From the NCBI GenBank assembly GCA_028534125.1, contig CM052818.1:21144001-21208000 (forward strand): a stretch of DNA of 64,000 nt. Reading direction: 5' to 3'. Of the stretch, positions 1 through 11,116 are shown piece by piece. The stretch's first letter is position 1; every line of letters begins with the position of its first letter. Under the pieces are notes generated by a model. The model was not told the DNA's origin. It worked only from the letters and a program-made list of their open reading frames with translations, and ran no database searches. Source of the DNA: Lama glama (taxonomy: Eukaryota). The position numbers were made by a program, and so were the translations under genes.

Positions 1-165
1 TTTTGTATTGATTACATGTGGAAAGGATAATATTTTAGATGTATTGGGTTAAATGAAATATATTAGTAACATTAATTTTACTTGTTTTTATTCTTTTGTG
101 TGGCTTCTAGAAATTTTAAAATTTCATATTATGTATCTTATATTATATTTCTGTTGGACAGCGGT
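1..165. mobile_element. MER3-like hAT-Charlie DNA transposon fragment (truncated by window start)
   Basis: TTTAGATGTATTGGGTTAAATGAAATATATT...TATTATATTTCTGTTGGACAGCG resembles the MER3 consensus end. Confidence 0.7.
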
Positions 166-324
166 GGCCTACACAACCCCCTTCCTCCAAAGCAAATAAA
201 TAGCGGGGTTGAGGGGCCGTAGATTTTGGAAGGCAGCAAAGGGAAGTCTAGGAGAAAAAAAGATCCTGACAGGCTCCAGGAAGTACATGATGTTGGTCTT
301 TATTCAATTATAACTGCAGCTAGC

Positions 325-535
325 ATATACTAGGTCCAAGTATTATTGCACAAACTCACTCAATCATCACAACAATGCCATAGAGGAAGTACTTTATTAT
401 CTCCACTTTACAGATGAAGCAGCTGGGGCACAGAGAGGTTAAGTAACTTGTCCAAGGTCATTCCGCTGGTAAGTGGCAAATTCAGTTTTTAACCTAGTCT
501 GTCTCTAGAGTCTGAGCTCTAAACCCCCGTGACTG
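325..535 (-). mobile_element. MIR SINE
   Basis: TTTACAGATGAAG...GGCACAGAGAGGTTAAGTAACTTGTCCAAGGTCA is the reverse-complement MIR core. Confidence 0.85.
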
Positions 536-1779
536 ACTGCTTCTAATTTTAGATTATTGCTATCAATCCAGTCCTCCTGGGTATCAGTGTCAGGTTGAAT
601 TCCACTCTCCCCTTCGTCTAAATATTCATAGCTTGGCTTCTCTCTTGCCTCATGTCCTCCTGCATGCTCACATTCCTCACCTCAGCACTGACTCCCCCAA
701 GTTCCACCCACCAGCCCCCACTGCCCCCCAGCCTGGCCCAGGCAGGGTTCTCACGGCATCCAGGGAAGAACTGTCTGAATGGAAACGATGGGACTTTTCT
801 GAACCCCGGAAAATAAAATGTGATTTTAAAAAATGTACAGCCACGACAAGGAACAGTTTGGTTGGACAGGGTGGTGGGCAAGGGGAGGTCAAACCGTCTT
901 CACCACTTACAAAGCATGACAGACTCAAGGATTAAGACCCTGTCTGTTTAACAGATGAAGCAGAGGCCAGGACAAGTGTCGGAGACGTACTCTGTGAGCT
1001 CGGTGCTAGGGCGTGGGATGTTCCAGTGGAGAGATTGGGAGTGGGGTCTGTAATTTGGTGAAATGGAGACTGAGGGGACAGAACACATTCAGGCTTATCA
1101 CCAACACAGTCACCTGTCTCTGCTCACCCCAGTATCTGTTTCTGGGCGTCCGGATACCACTCCCTCATCACCAGAGCCTCACGCCCAAGTTTTGCCACCT
1201 GTGTCTTCAGAGAGCACAGCAGGCACACATGATATCCCCCTCCACGGGGGAGTCAGGTAAGGCCAAGGCATTGCTCACCGGCAGGTAGTTTCTGGACACG
1301 TCTAATTGGATGGGCAAGAGGCTGGCTGAGACCCATTGCTACTCAGGTTCCTCTTCCCATGCCAAGGGCAGGGAGAGGCTGCTGGCTGACAGGAGCACCC
1401 CTGCATGGCCGAGTCCCCATAAAGGGGCCAGAGTGGGGGCTGGGCTAGACAGACGTCCTAAGCAGCACTCAGCCAGGTGCGCCCAGCACAGGCCTGCAAC
1501 AGGGAAGGTTTCAATTTGGAGAAACGGCTGCAGAAACTTGGGCCAGCTGAGCCCTGGTTGGTCAGAAGCACAGCTTAGAGCCGATCTAGAGTAGTTACAG
1601 GTTGCTTTCCCAGAAGCATTCCTTGCTGTTTGCTGGGCCACAAAGTCCTGAAGCCTTTGCTCACCTGGGGACAGCAAATAGGGACTGTCAGGGGGACAAC
1701 AGATATGGTGGCCAGATGAACTTCCTAGCTAGTCGGTGGAGCCAGAGACCGAGGAGTAGGGTTGGAAGGAGAAATTCAA

Positions 1780-2060
1780 CTGAACAAACACGGATAGAGC
1801 ACACACGATGTGCCGAGCCCTGTGACTGGGACCAAGAAGTCCCATCACGCAAGTTAGAGCCTGGGACATCCTAATGTAAAAGGCATATTTGGAAAGAAGG
1901 AGAAGGGAGGACCTGTGGCTGAAGAACTGGGATGCCCTTGTGCTGAGATGGCATTTGAGCAGGGTTTCAGGGAACAGACCCAGACATCCCAGGTGGAGGG
2001 AACAGCAAAGCAAAGACAGAGAATAGGAGAATCACGGAGGACATTCAGGAAACAGTTCAT
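1780..2060 (-). mobile_element. L2 LINE remnant
   Basis: Degenerate L2-like motifs (TGAGATGGCATTTGAGCAGGGTTTCAGG; CAGGTGGAGGGAACAGCAAAGCAAAGAC). Confidence 0.5.
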
Positions 2061-5000
2061 GGAGAAGGGTGGGAGATCCAGCTGGAATGGGACCCTGTGG
2101 GTCTTATTAAAGTTTGGAATTTCTTCTCTAGGGAACATAGGGCATCAAAGGTTTACAGGTGGGGGACTGTGTTCAAGGAGGTGGGCGGGGACTTGTGAAG
2201 AAAGGTAGGTGGTCATTTGGGGGAGAATGAAGAAGGGGAATGATGCTCCTACCGACTTTTATAGTCATTGTCCCTTGGTCAATAGCCACCTGGGATTAAG
2301 CCTTGGATTTTAAAATAACAAAATCTGTCCTTTGGTGTTTCCTCTCTAAAGGTTCAGGATTTCATGGAGCTGGGGCACCCGGACAGGATTTGGGGACTCT
2401 GATGGGAAGGCTAGGATGGACTCCATCCAGAAGCAGGACCCAGCTGTCCTGCCAGGCAGATGGCAGCAGGTGACCATTGGCACTAACTACTATACCCCTT
2501 GCTCCTCTATCAGCAGCATCGAATGCCCCCTAAGTCCCATGCCGCCTGCCTCTGTCAGTTCGGACAGTGAAGTGTTGCTGTGTGAAGCCCAAAGGGACCT
2601 ATTTCAAATGAGGAAGAAAAACAAAACCACACGTGACCAGAAAGTAAACAGGTAATGTGAGGTACTCAGCTGGCTTTGTAATGTTCATAATGGGCAAAAC
2701 CATTCATTCTAAGGAAAGAATCAAAAGATTTCATGGTTTTATTTTCATTTCTTTATTTATGTACTTACTTCAGGAAATCAAAAGTGAGTTCAGTGCTGTC
2801 TTCCCTCAACTCTTGGGTCATTTGCTTTAGGAACACGTAAGAGTTTTTAGACTCTTTGCAGGGAGAATAATTCTGCAGTTGAGTTGCATTAAAATTTCCC
2901 TAAAAAGGGTCCTTTTCTTTCCTATGCTGTCACTGCTTTCCGAGCCCAGCGGCAGGTTTGGGAGAGGAACTCAAAGCATTTGTGCATCCTTGCCTACCGA
3001 CCAGCGGCCAGGGTCCCCAGCGCCCCCCTTTCGGTTCCGTTCCCATGAATGGCAGATTCCTCCATCCGGGTCGGATTTCCAATCACCATAGAAACAAACT
3101 TGAGGCAGTTTCATTAATCATTTAGAGCACGAGAAGTCTAGGTCAGTCTGATTGCAGCATATAGGGTATCATCTCCCGGCCACATGGGACTCAGTCGATT
3201 TGAATTAAAAAAGATTAAGCTGCCCTGGGCTGCCTGGCCCCATCAGTTTAAGTTCTCATGTAACAGTGGTCTCTGGAGCCATATGGATTAGTGAGTGAAG
3301 CTATGCATTTATGTGGCAGGATTCAGTGAAACATTAGATGGGTGCAGGTGTCTGAGGGGAAGAGGACAGGGATCACATACAGTTTTTTTTTTTATACTTG
3401 TTGCTGTTCTTTTGAAACTGGAAACAATAACTCAGTTTTATTTCTCCAGTGACAGTTACCACTCTTGCTGACCATGAAATGGTACATTTGTTACCCGAGG
3501 TTTATGGTTCACGATGAAACATTCTTCGAGGAGACGGGACAGCCGTGTCCCGTGTCTGCTCCAGGGTGGCGGGTGAGAATGCTGACATTTTATTTTTCTT
3601 CCTTTCCTACGGAATGGGAAGAGACGCATCGAATAAATATTGATGACATTTTAGTTTTGCTTGAATCAAGATTTATGAACCTCAGGAAATTGACTTAGAG
3701 GTAGCTACAAATCAATGTGACTCTGAAAGAGTTGTGTAGGGATCTCTCCTAAAGAACGAACGCCCCCTTCCAAAGTACCCACCTTATTTATGGGCCTCTT
3801 CAGGACTTCAAAGAAGTTCAGTAACTTAGGCCAGACTGTTTTATTGCTTCGTGGAGCTAAGATGTTTCAGGGGGACGATGCAGGTTGCAGTGTATTAGGG
3901 AGCCTCTCCTGGGCGGTGGGCAAAAGCTTTCTGCATGTTGAACTGTTGCTCTAAAGCTCTTACACTCTGGCTTCCTATAGAATCACTCCTAAATCTTCTC
4001 CTTCAACTCGGCATTGTCTGCAGTCCCATGTGCTAAGCCCAGAATAGAAAGGACTTTTGCACTCTCTTCTCCGCATCCTCCTTTCTTGGGACAACTGCCT
4101 TGGACTACCCAGGAGGCAGCTGGGCTAATGGAAACCTACTACATCTAGGGTCCTGAGAGGTGCTTCCACAGGCCTGCTATTCCCAACCTGATGTTTTGTT
4201 TCTCTCTTCGTTGTGACAGGGATGGTCTTGAGTGTGTGGCTGAGAATGGCAGAAGGCAGCATCGGGTCCTTCTGCCCTCACTTAGCAGAGGCAGCTCAGG
4301 GTGGTGATGAGGCCGGCAGTTGGGAAACCCAGGTTCTCAATCCAGCCGTGCTACCGCCACCTGGCCGTGTCACCCAGGGTGAGTCAGGCTGCCTTCCGGG
4401 CCTCTGCTTTATCATCTCTGAGATGAGAAAGGTAACTATCTTCCTTTAGTTCTCTGATTCTAAAATCCTTTGCCATTTGCCAGTACTGGATGGATTCCAA
4501 AAGAGGCGAAAATTGGGCCCCTGCCTCCCAGGGCCTGCGATGGGCGGGTAGAGTAGAGGAGGCATGAGCACCAGTCTTTCAGTCCAGCCCGGCAGCCCCT
4601 TCCTTCCTCTGAACCCACAGCACTGACAGGCAGGGCTCACAGGGCAGCCCTCAGTGCCACTCTGTCCTGCCTCAATCGCCACCACCTCCAAGGGCGGCAG
4701 CGTCACTCTCCAAGCAGCCTGCAGCTCTGTGGGGGCAGGAGTCTGTCTTCAGAATTCAACTCCACCTGGCAGAGGGCTGAGCCCCTAGGAGGCCTTCATT
4801 AACAAACACTGGTCGGATTGAGTGACTCGAAATAGTTCAGCCAAAATCATATAAATGCCAGAGTTTGTGCAGAGAGAAAAAAGAACACAGTACATAGGAA
4901 ACACAGAGGTAAAGTTCCCAGGAGGAATCACCATTGGAGACCCTAAGGAGGCAATATAGCAAACTGATTTAGAATGCAGATGACGATGCTTGGACCGTGG

Positions 5001-5099
5001 GCGTTACTTGCTAGCTATGACTTTGAGCAAGCCAAGCCTCGGCACAAAGGAAAAGCCTAACTGCTGGAGTCAGATGTCCTGGTACTAGTCCCATCTCTG

Positions 5100-5580
5100 T
5101 CACTTGCTACTTGGTGCAAACGTAGTCACGAGACTTTATGTGGAGTCCTCTGATCCCTCCAGGACCCTGCTTCAGGAAGGAAGGACTTGTAGCCATGGCG
5201 TGTGCTGCCAGCAGAAAGCCCTCAGCTGCCAGTGTCCTTGGGGATTGCCTTTGCTGAAGAGTGATTGGCCCAAGGTCAGGCCCCCTTCCTGCGGCAGCCT
5301 GTGTCCAGTGAGTGACCAGCATAGGGGTCTAAAGGCCCGTCCTTGCGCCAACTTGGAACAACTCCGCAGGGCTATCCCCGCTCCTCATTCCCGGGGGACT
5401 CCGCTCAGACCTTTAATGGAACCACATCACAGTTCAGCTTTTCCTTCTGCCCCATCTTGCTTCCATCCCCTCCCTGCTACAGGCATGCAGCCCCTAAAGC
5501 ACTCTCTGATACACATCCTGCCCACTAATTGCTAATCTCCATCTCAGAGTTTGTTTCCGAGGAAACCTAGACTGTGACAT
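5100..5580 (+). mobile_element. ERVL-class solo LTR (LTR16-like)
   Basis: AAAGCCCTCAGCTGCCAG...CATCCTGCCCACTAAT...CTCCATCTCAGAGTTTGTTTCCGAGGAAACCTAGACTGTGACA is typical of LTR16 3' ends. Confidence 0.6.
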
Positions 5581-5799
5581 TTCACAGCTTGAGCCACACT
5601 TCCTCATCTGCAAAACTGAGGCAATGATAGTGCCGAGCCCACAGGGCTGTGGTGCAGGTTAAGTGAGCTAACCATGTAAAGCATTTAACTCACTGCCTGG
5701 CATAAAATATCGTATGGTATAGCTATGTGTCTCTCTAACAAAAACTCCTTGTTTTGAACATGAACTTGACTCAATCTTGAAAAATGAAATATGGATCTA

Positions 5800-6283
5800 T
5801 AGAGATGAAACAAAAGGAATGGCAGAGATACTAGTTCTCCCCTAGATAGTCTTCTCTCCTTCTTCAGTAATAATAGAACCTTGATTTTTACCTGGACACA
5901 CAGCCACCCAGAATGAAAGCCATATTTGCCAGTTTCTTCAGAAGGTAGATATGTCCTTGTGATTAAGTTCTGGCCAATGGAATATATAAAAAGGTGGCAT
6001 GTACAACTCCCAGAGAGTGTCCTTAAAGATAGAAAGCCTTCCCTCTGTCTTTTCTTCCTGCTTGCTAAAACATGGATGTAATGGCTGGAGCTCCAGCAGC
6101 TACCTTGGGCCATAAGGTGACATTGGGAATGGCAACTCAGGCACAGCAGAACAACAAGATGGAGAGTGTCTAAATCACCCATACCATCCCTGAGGTGCCT
6201 CCAGACTATTACATGAAATAAATACATTACTGTTGTCCTGGGATTCTATTACTTGTATTGGAATCTAATCCTGCCTAACACAA
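5800..6283 (+). mobile_element. MaLR solo LTR (MLT1 family)
   Basis: AAGTTCTGGCCAATGGAAT, GGCTGGAGCTCCAGCAGC and the ending AATCCTGCCTAACACA are characteristic of old MLT1 LTRs. Confidence 0.7.
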
Positions 6284-6399
6284 ATGGACTTCCACGTGGA
6301 TAAAGAGACCGTAAGCAAAGACTCAGAGACTCAATGGGGGCATTCCCAGGACAGTAAAGAGATTGGCCAGTTATTAATAATGTTAATAATAATGCTTTA

Positions 6400-6630
6400 T
6401 ATTCAAATTATGCTTTGCAGTTTACAAGGCACTTTCGAATTCTTTTGCCACTTCATCTTTACAACTCTGTAAAGTAAGAGACATTCATTATTTCCATTCT
6501 ACAGTTGAGGGAATTGAGGCTCAGAGAGATGAAATGACTTGCTCAAGGTCACAAAAACTAGGAAGCAGCAGAGTCAAAGCCAGAATCCACAACTTTTGAA
6601 GGCCTGAAGCTGAGTGTTCCCCATTATACC
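6400..6630 (-). mobile_element. MIR SINE
   Basis: CCATTCTACAGTTGAGGGAATTGAGGCTCAGAGAGATGAAATGACTTGCTCAAGGTCACA. Confidence 0.8.
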
Positions 6631-7135
6631 AGATGGACACTTTTGACAACTTACTCAAATTCAGTTAACAATGCTAACTTGCTTTGTATCCAGCAAATGT
6701 ACAGGAGTGCCTACCTGGTTCCCACTGTTTTCGAGACATCTTGCATTTTTTCGTGTCTTTTTACTGACATTAATTGAGCACTAACTAGGTAATAAACACT
6801 GTGCCTTATCACAGTGTGTGCTTTTACATGCACCGCTCTCCTCTCCTCTACACTCCCATTCAAATTAACTCTTCATCCTGCATCTCCAATTTCTGTTCTC
6901 TACCACACTCTGCGTCAGCAAAGCCTTCTCTGGTGGCCACAAGAATAAGCCACTTACTTACCCTTTTCCTCTATCACCTCCTGGGGTGGCTTCCAGGTGG
7001 ACTCATGCAGTAGACTCTTAGCCAGATCTGAGGCAATCCCAGAGAGAAAGATTCTGAGAATGAGTTCTGGAAGAAGTCCACTGTTTTAGGCCAGGCAAGA
7101 GAGGCATTCCTGGCACGGAGAGAGGTATAAGAAAC

Positions 7136-7560
7136 TGTAATAGTTCCTAGGGCAGCCGTAACACATGACCACAAACTGAGTGGCTTGAAACAACAGAAAT
7201 TTATTCTCTCACAGTTCAGGAGTTTAGATGTCCAAAGTCAAGGTATCAACAGGGTTGGTTCCATGCGGGTGTTCTGAGGATCAGTCTGTCCGTGTCTCTC
7301 CCCCAGGATCCTTGGCTGGTGGAAGTATCACACCAGTCTCTGCTCCATCTTTACACAGCACTCTCCCTGTGTCTCTGTCTAAATTTTCTCTTCTTATAAG
7401 CACACCAGCAATTGCATTAGGACTCACCCTAATCCAGCATGATCTCATCTTAACTTGATTACATCTGCAAAGACCCTATTTCCAAATAAGGTTGCATTCA
7501 GAGGTGCCAGGGGTTAGGACTTCAATATTTCTTCAGGGGAGGCACAATACCAAACAAAAC
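7136..7560 (-). mobile_element. MaLR solo LTR (MLT1C-like)
   Basis: GTGGCTTGAAACAACAGAAATTTATTCTCTCACAGTTC...GACCCTATTTCCAAATAAGG...GGTTAGGACTTCAA. Confidence 0.85.
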
Positions 7561-8279
7561 CAAGCAAGGGCCCTGGATCCAGAGAGACTGGTTTCTAACC
7601 CAGCTCAGCCTCATTGCTGGTAAGACCTTGGGCAACTGAAATAACCCTGAGCCTCAGATTTCCTTCTCTATGTGAAAAAGCATTACACCCCACAGGATAG
7701 ATGTTGAGAGGCTTAAACAAGAAAAAAAAAATCTAAAACACTCAGCTCATTGTTTTTTCCCTCCATTCTCCAGATGGAAGCAAGAAAGAGGAAGAGAGAG
7801 GGAAAGATGTCATGGGGTAGGGAAGGCACAAGATGGCAGCTGCCGCGTGGTCAGCAGGTTAGAATCTTGGCCAAGAATTAGAACCAGCCCCACAGTGATG
7901 CAAGAGGGACTATTTAAAAGACAGGCGCTGGGCTGCCTGAAGGTGAGTGTAGACTCTGGCACTGACTGGTTTCCTGCAGCTAAAACAGGCCGATGTATTC
8001 AGAGGCAGCACCGGCAAACTTCCCAGGGACCACCAAGGTGTCAACCGAGGGCCTGAGCCTGAGGCTCCTGAGGAGAGGAGAGCCGTGTCAACACAAGGGG
8101 AGAAAACCTGGGCTCCAAGACGGACAGGCCCTGCTGGAGGGGATGAGGAAGCTGGGGCTTCCCAGAACCAGGGCACATCCAACAGGTCACAGGAGCCTGT
8201 CAAAATCAGCCCCGGTCAGGTGGGCACCTTGCAGACGCGTCCCCCTCACACCTGGGGCCAACTTCTCGGTATGGAGAGA

Positions 8280-8820
8280 GAGGACCTGGGCCCGTCAGGC
8301 CCTGGAGCCTCGCTGTGACTCCAGCACGGCCCCCCGGGTCGACATCCTGAGTACACCGGCCTTCTAGGTGCGCCCCCTGGAGCCCAGTGGTGAATAACCA
8401 GCGAAGTCCAGGGAGGAGGTCGGTTTCTGGGAAGGGCAGAGACGAAGTCGGACGGCAGGCTACACACGCGCCTGACCAGACGCATCCGGGGCAGCGAGAA
8501 AGGCCCGGCATCCCCGGCCCTTGCGCCGCGGCGGTGCTGCCGCCTTGTTCCACTCGACCGCGGCTGGTGCTTTGCTCCCCCTCAGAGTCAGGCTGGGCAC
8601 ACACTGACCCGCCTTCCCCCAAATCACCCTTGTCCCCTCCGCTGTCACATGTACTCCCACCTCTGCTCACAGAACTCACAGCCGCCCAGGCGCGGAGCCT
8701 CAGTGCCCTCCTCGACTCCCACGCTCCTCGCGGCTCTGCCGGGCCACTCCGGAGGTCCAGGCGGGTAAAGACCTGGTCTCACTCACCTTCCATCCCCAGC
8801 AAGCAGTGCCCGGCACCAAG
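8280..8820. promoter_or_regulatory. Orphan CpG-rich island in the gene desert
   Basis: Local CpG enrichment (e.g. GCGCCGCGGCGG, CGACCGCGG) against a CpG-poor background. Confidence 0.55.
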
Positions 8821-9936
8821 GCCTCTCATCCTAGGGGCTCATTACCATAAATGCCACCCCACTGTCCCCCAGGAAGGAAAGCAGTGCTGTGGACAGGGCA
8901 GAGCAAGGGGATATTTTCCCCACAGGTTTAAATTTAGGGAGATGGGGGGAGAGACGAGAGAAAAGGAGGGGAGGGTGGAGAGGGAGAGGCTCAGCTGGAG
9001 GAGGTGGTCAGTTTGTCCAGAACTTTCATTATCAAATCCTTCCCCATCTGAGAGCACTCTGTGATCCCTTTTGCAAGACAGAGTGAACAGTATTTCACTA
9101 AATATAGAAGTCGTAGGATAACCGGGGTGCTCGTGCAGACAGCAGGCACACGCAGCTTCGTGCTCAGCTCCTCCAGGCTGACAAGCAACACTTGTCTCCC
9201 CGACTCATAAGAGAGCAGTGTCCAGCCTAGTGGGTTAACTGTGAACGGTTTCCTCCTGGGTCTGTCTTACTCCCAGAGCAGGATCATGCCTCCTCTTCAT
9301 GCCTCACCTCCTCAACACACACACAGTCTTGGCGGTGTGTGCCCACACACACATACACACGCATGCACATGCAAGGCTGGATACACGCTTACCGGGCAAT
9401 AAAAAGTTGATTGATTTATTAGCCAACACCCCGATCAACACCAGTGGGCACTGTGAAACAACGGGCAGATCTCAGCTTGAATTTCTCATCCCGGTGTCCT
9501 TTTTCAAAGGTCAGGACATTGCCTGGAAAACTGAAAGTGGACACGGAAGATCTCAGTCAGGGGACACGTCCCCACGCCACCTTACCACCCACATACCTCT
9601 CAGACCTCCCAGGCCCGCGTCAGACAGATTTACACAACATCTCAGGAGGCCACAGAAGAGATTCAGTCCCCCTACCTCAACCTTTCTCTGCAGGACAACA
9701 CGGTTATTGGGGTAGCATGACTTTTCTCCAGAATGTTCACTTTCACTGCCCAAGTTCGCCTGGGAACCCCTATGTAGGGAATGTTGAGAAACTTGATCTT
9801 GGGCTCCAGGGCCTTTAGCACATGGAGCATATGCATGCTTGAGAGATAGAGAGGGCTAGGAGAAATGGCCATGGCTTATGCTGTCTTACGGAAAGCTGGA
9901 GAGTGCCAGGACAGGGCACCCATCTCCCGGAGGGGG

Positions 9937-10308
9937 CTCTTGGTCAGTGTGGGCTGCTATAACAAAGTGCCAGAGACCAGGGGGCTTAAATAACAGAAAT
10001 GTATTTCTCACAGTTCTGGAGGCTGGAAGTCTAAGATGAGGGTGCCACCATGTGGGATTCTTGCAAGTGCCTTCTGGGATGCAGATGGCCATTTTCTTCT
10101 ATCCTCACAAGGCAGAGAGGATGAGAGAAGAAGCAAGCTCTCTCATGACCCTTATAAGGGCACTAATCCCATCCATGGGGTCCCCACCCTCATGACCTTA
10201 TCTAATTCTAGTCATCTCCCAAAGACCCTGTCTCCTAATATAGTAAATGCATGGGGTAGGGTTTCAACATATGAATGTGAAGGGGAAACAAAGAGTTGGT
10301 CCATAATA
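9937..10308 (-). mobile_element. MaLR solo LTR (MLT1A-like)
   Basis: GGGCTGCTATAACAAAGTGCCAGAGACC...TATTTCTCACAGTTCTGGAGGCTGGAAGTC...ATAAGGGCACTAATCCCAT...GGGTTTCAACATATGAAT. Confidence 0.85.
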
Positions 10309-10485
10309 GGGGTGAAAAAGCAGCTCACAAGCCCCTGGATTCTCTGCCCAGGCACCTAGCCAGGGAAAGCCTAGATTTTACTCAGAGGCTGGCACTCCTC
10401 ACAGGCTGTAAAAATTAGGAGTCTTCAAGATCATTCCAGTAGGTAATCCCCTCTCCAGATTCCAAGGAACCTGGTCCCCAACTCA

Positions 10486-10615
10486 TTTTTTTTTAAAGTT
10501 TTTTGTGGGGGAGGGAGATAATTAAGTTTCTTTATTTTTAATGAAGGTACTGGGGATTGAACCCAGGACCTCATGCATACTAAGCATGCACTCTGTCACT
10601 GAGCTATACCCTCCC
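10486..10615 (-). mobile_element. tRNA-derived SINE, camelid Vic-1-like
   Basis: Reverse strand reads GGGAGGGTATAGCTCAGTGACAGAGTGCATGCTTAGTATGCATGAGGTCCTGGGTTCAATCCCCAGTACCT (Pol III A/B boxes) with an A-rich tail. Degenerate TSD CCCAACTCATT / CTCAGCTCATT. Confidence 0.8.
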
Positions 10616-11034
10616 AGACCCTCAGCTCATTCTTGATCACTGTCAGGGGCATGGGCTGCCTCCCTGCCCCATCTCCCTTCTCTTCTGGGGACACATGGAG
10701 CACAGCTAATCCACCTTCCACAAAACAGACCCCCAGCCACCCACCCTAGAACATCACCTGTCACTTTTGACCTGATTCCCCTGTGTGAGAGCCCTCCATG
10801 CAGCAGGAGAAATTCAGAGTTCCAAAGGCATCAAGAGAGAAAGTTGGGAAAGTTTCTTCATCTCTGTGCCTTGGTTTCCACATATGCATAATGGGGTTAA
10901 GAGTAGAACCTAGCTCCTAGGGTCAGAATGAAGACTACGTGACATAACACACAGGCAGCCCAGGGCACAGTGCAGGGCTGGCCGTAACGATCCGGTACAC
11001 GTCGGCTACCATCATTCTGTACGTACATGTCAAC

Positions 11035-11116
11035 TTTTTTTTTTAATGTGTCAAAGCCTTTATTTCAGTTTAATTCTTTTTTTATTTAATTGAAATATAG
11101 TCAGGTTACAATGTTG
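11035..11116 (-). mobile_element. Extremely 5'-truncated L1 3' terminus with a double A-tail
   Basis: Reverse strand CAACATTGTAACCTGACTATATTTCAATT is the same L1 terminal motif seen at 32070-32100, followed by two A tracts. Confidence 0.6.

Noticed and set aside
8387..9064. 225-aa ORF in the orphan CpG-rich block
   Set aside because: GTG start, GC-driven composition and no recognisable homology.
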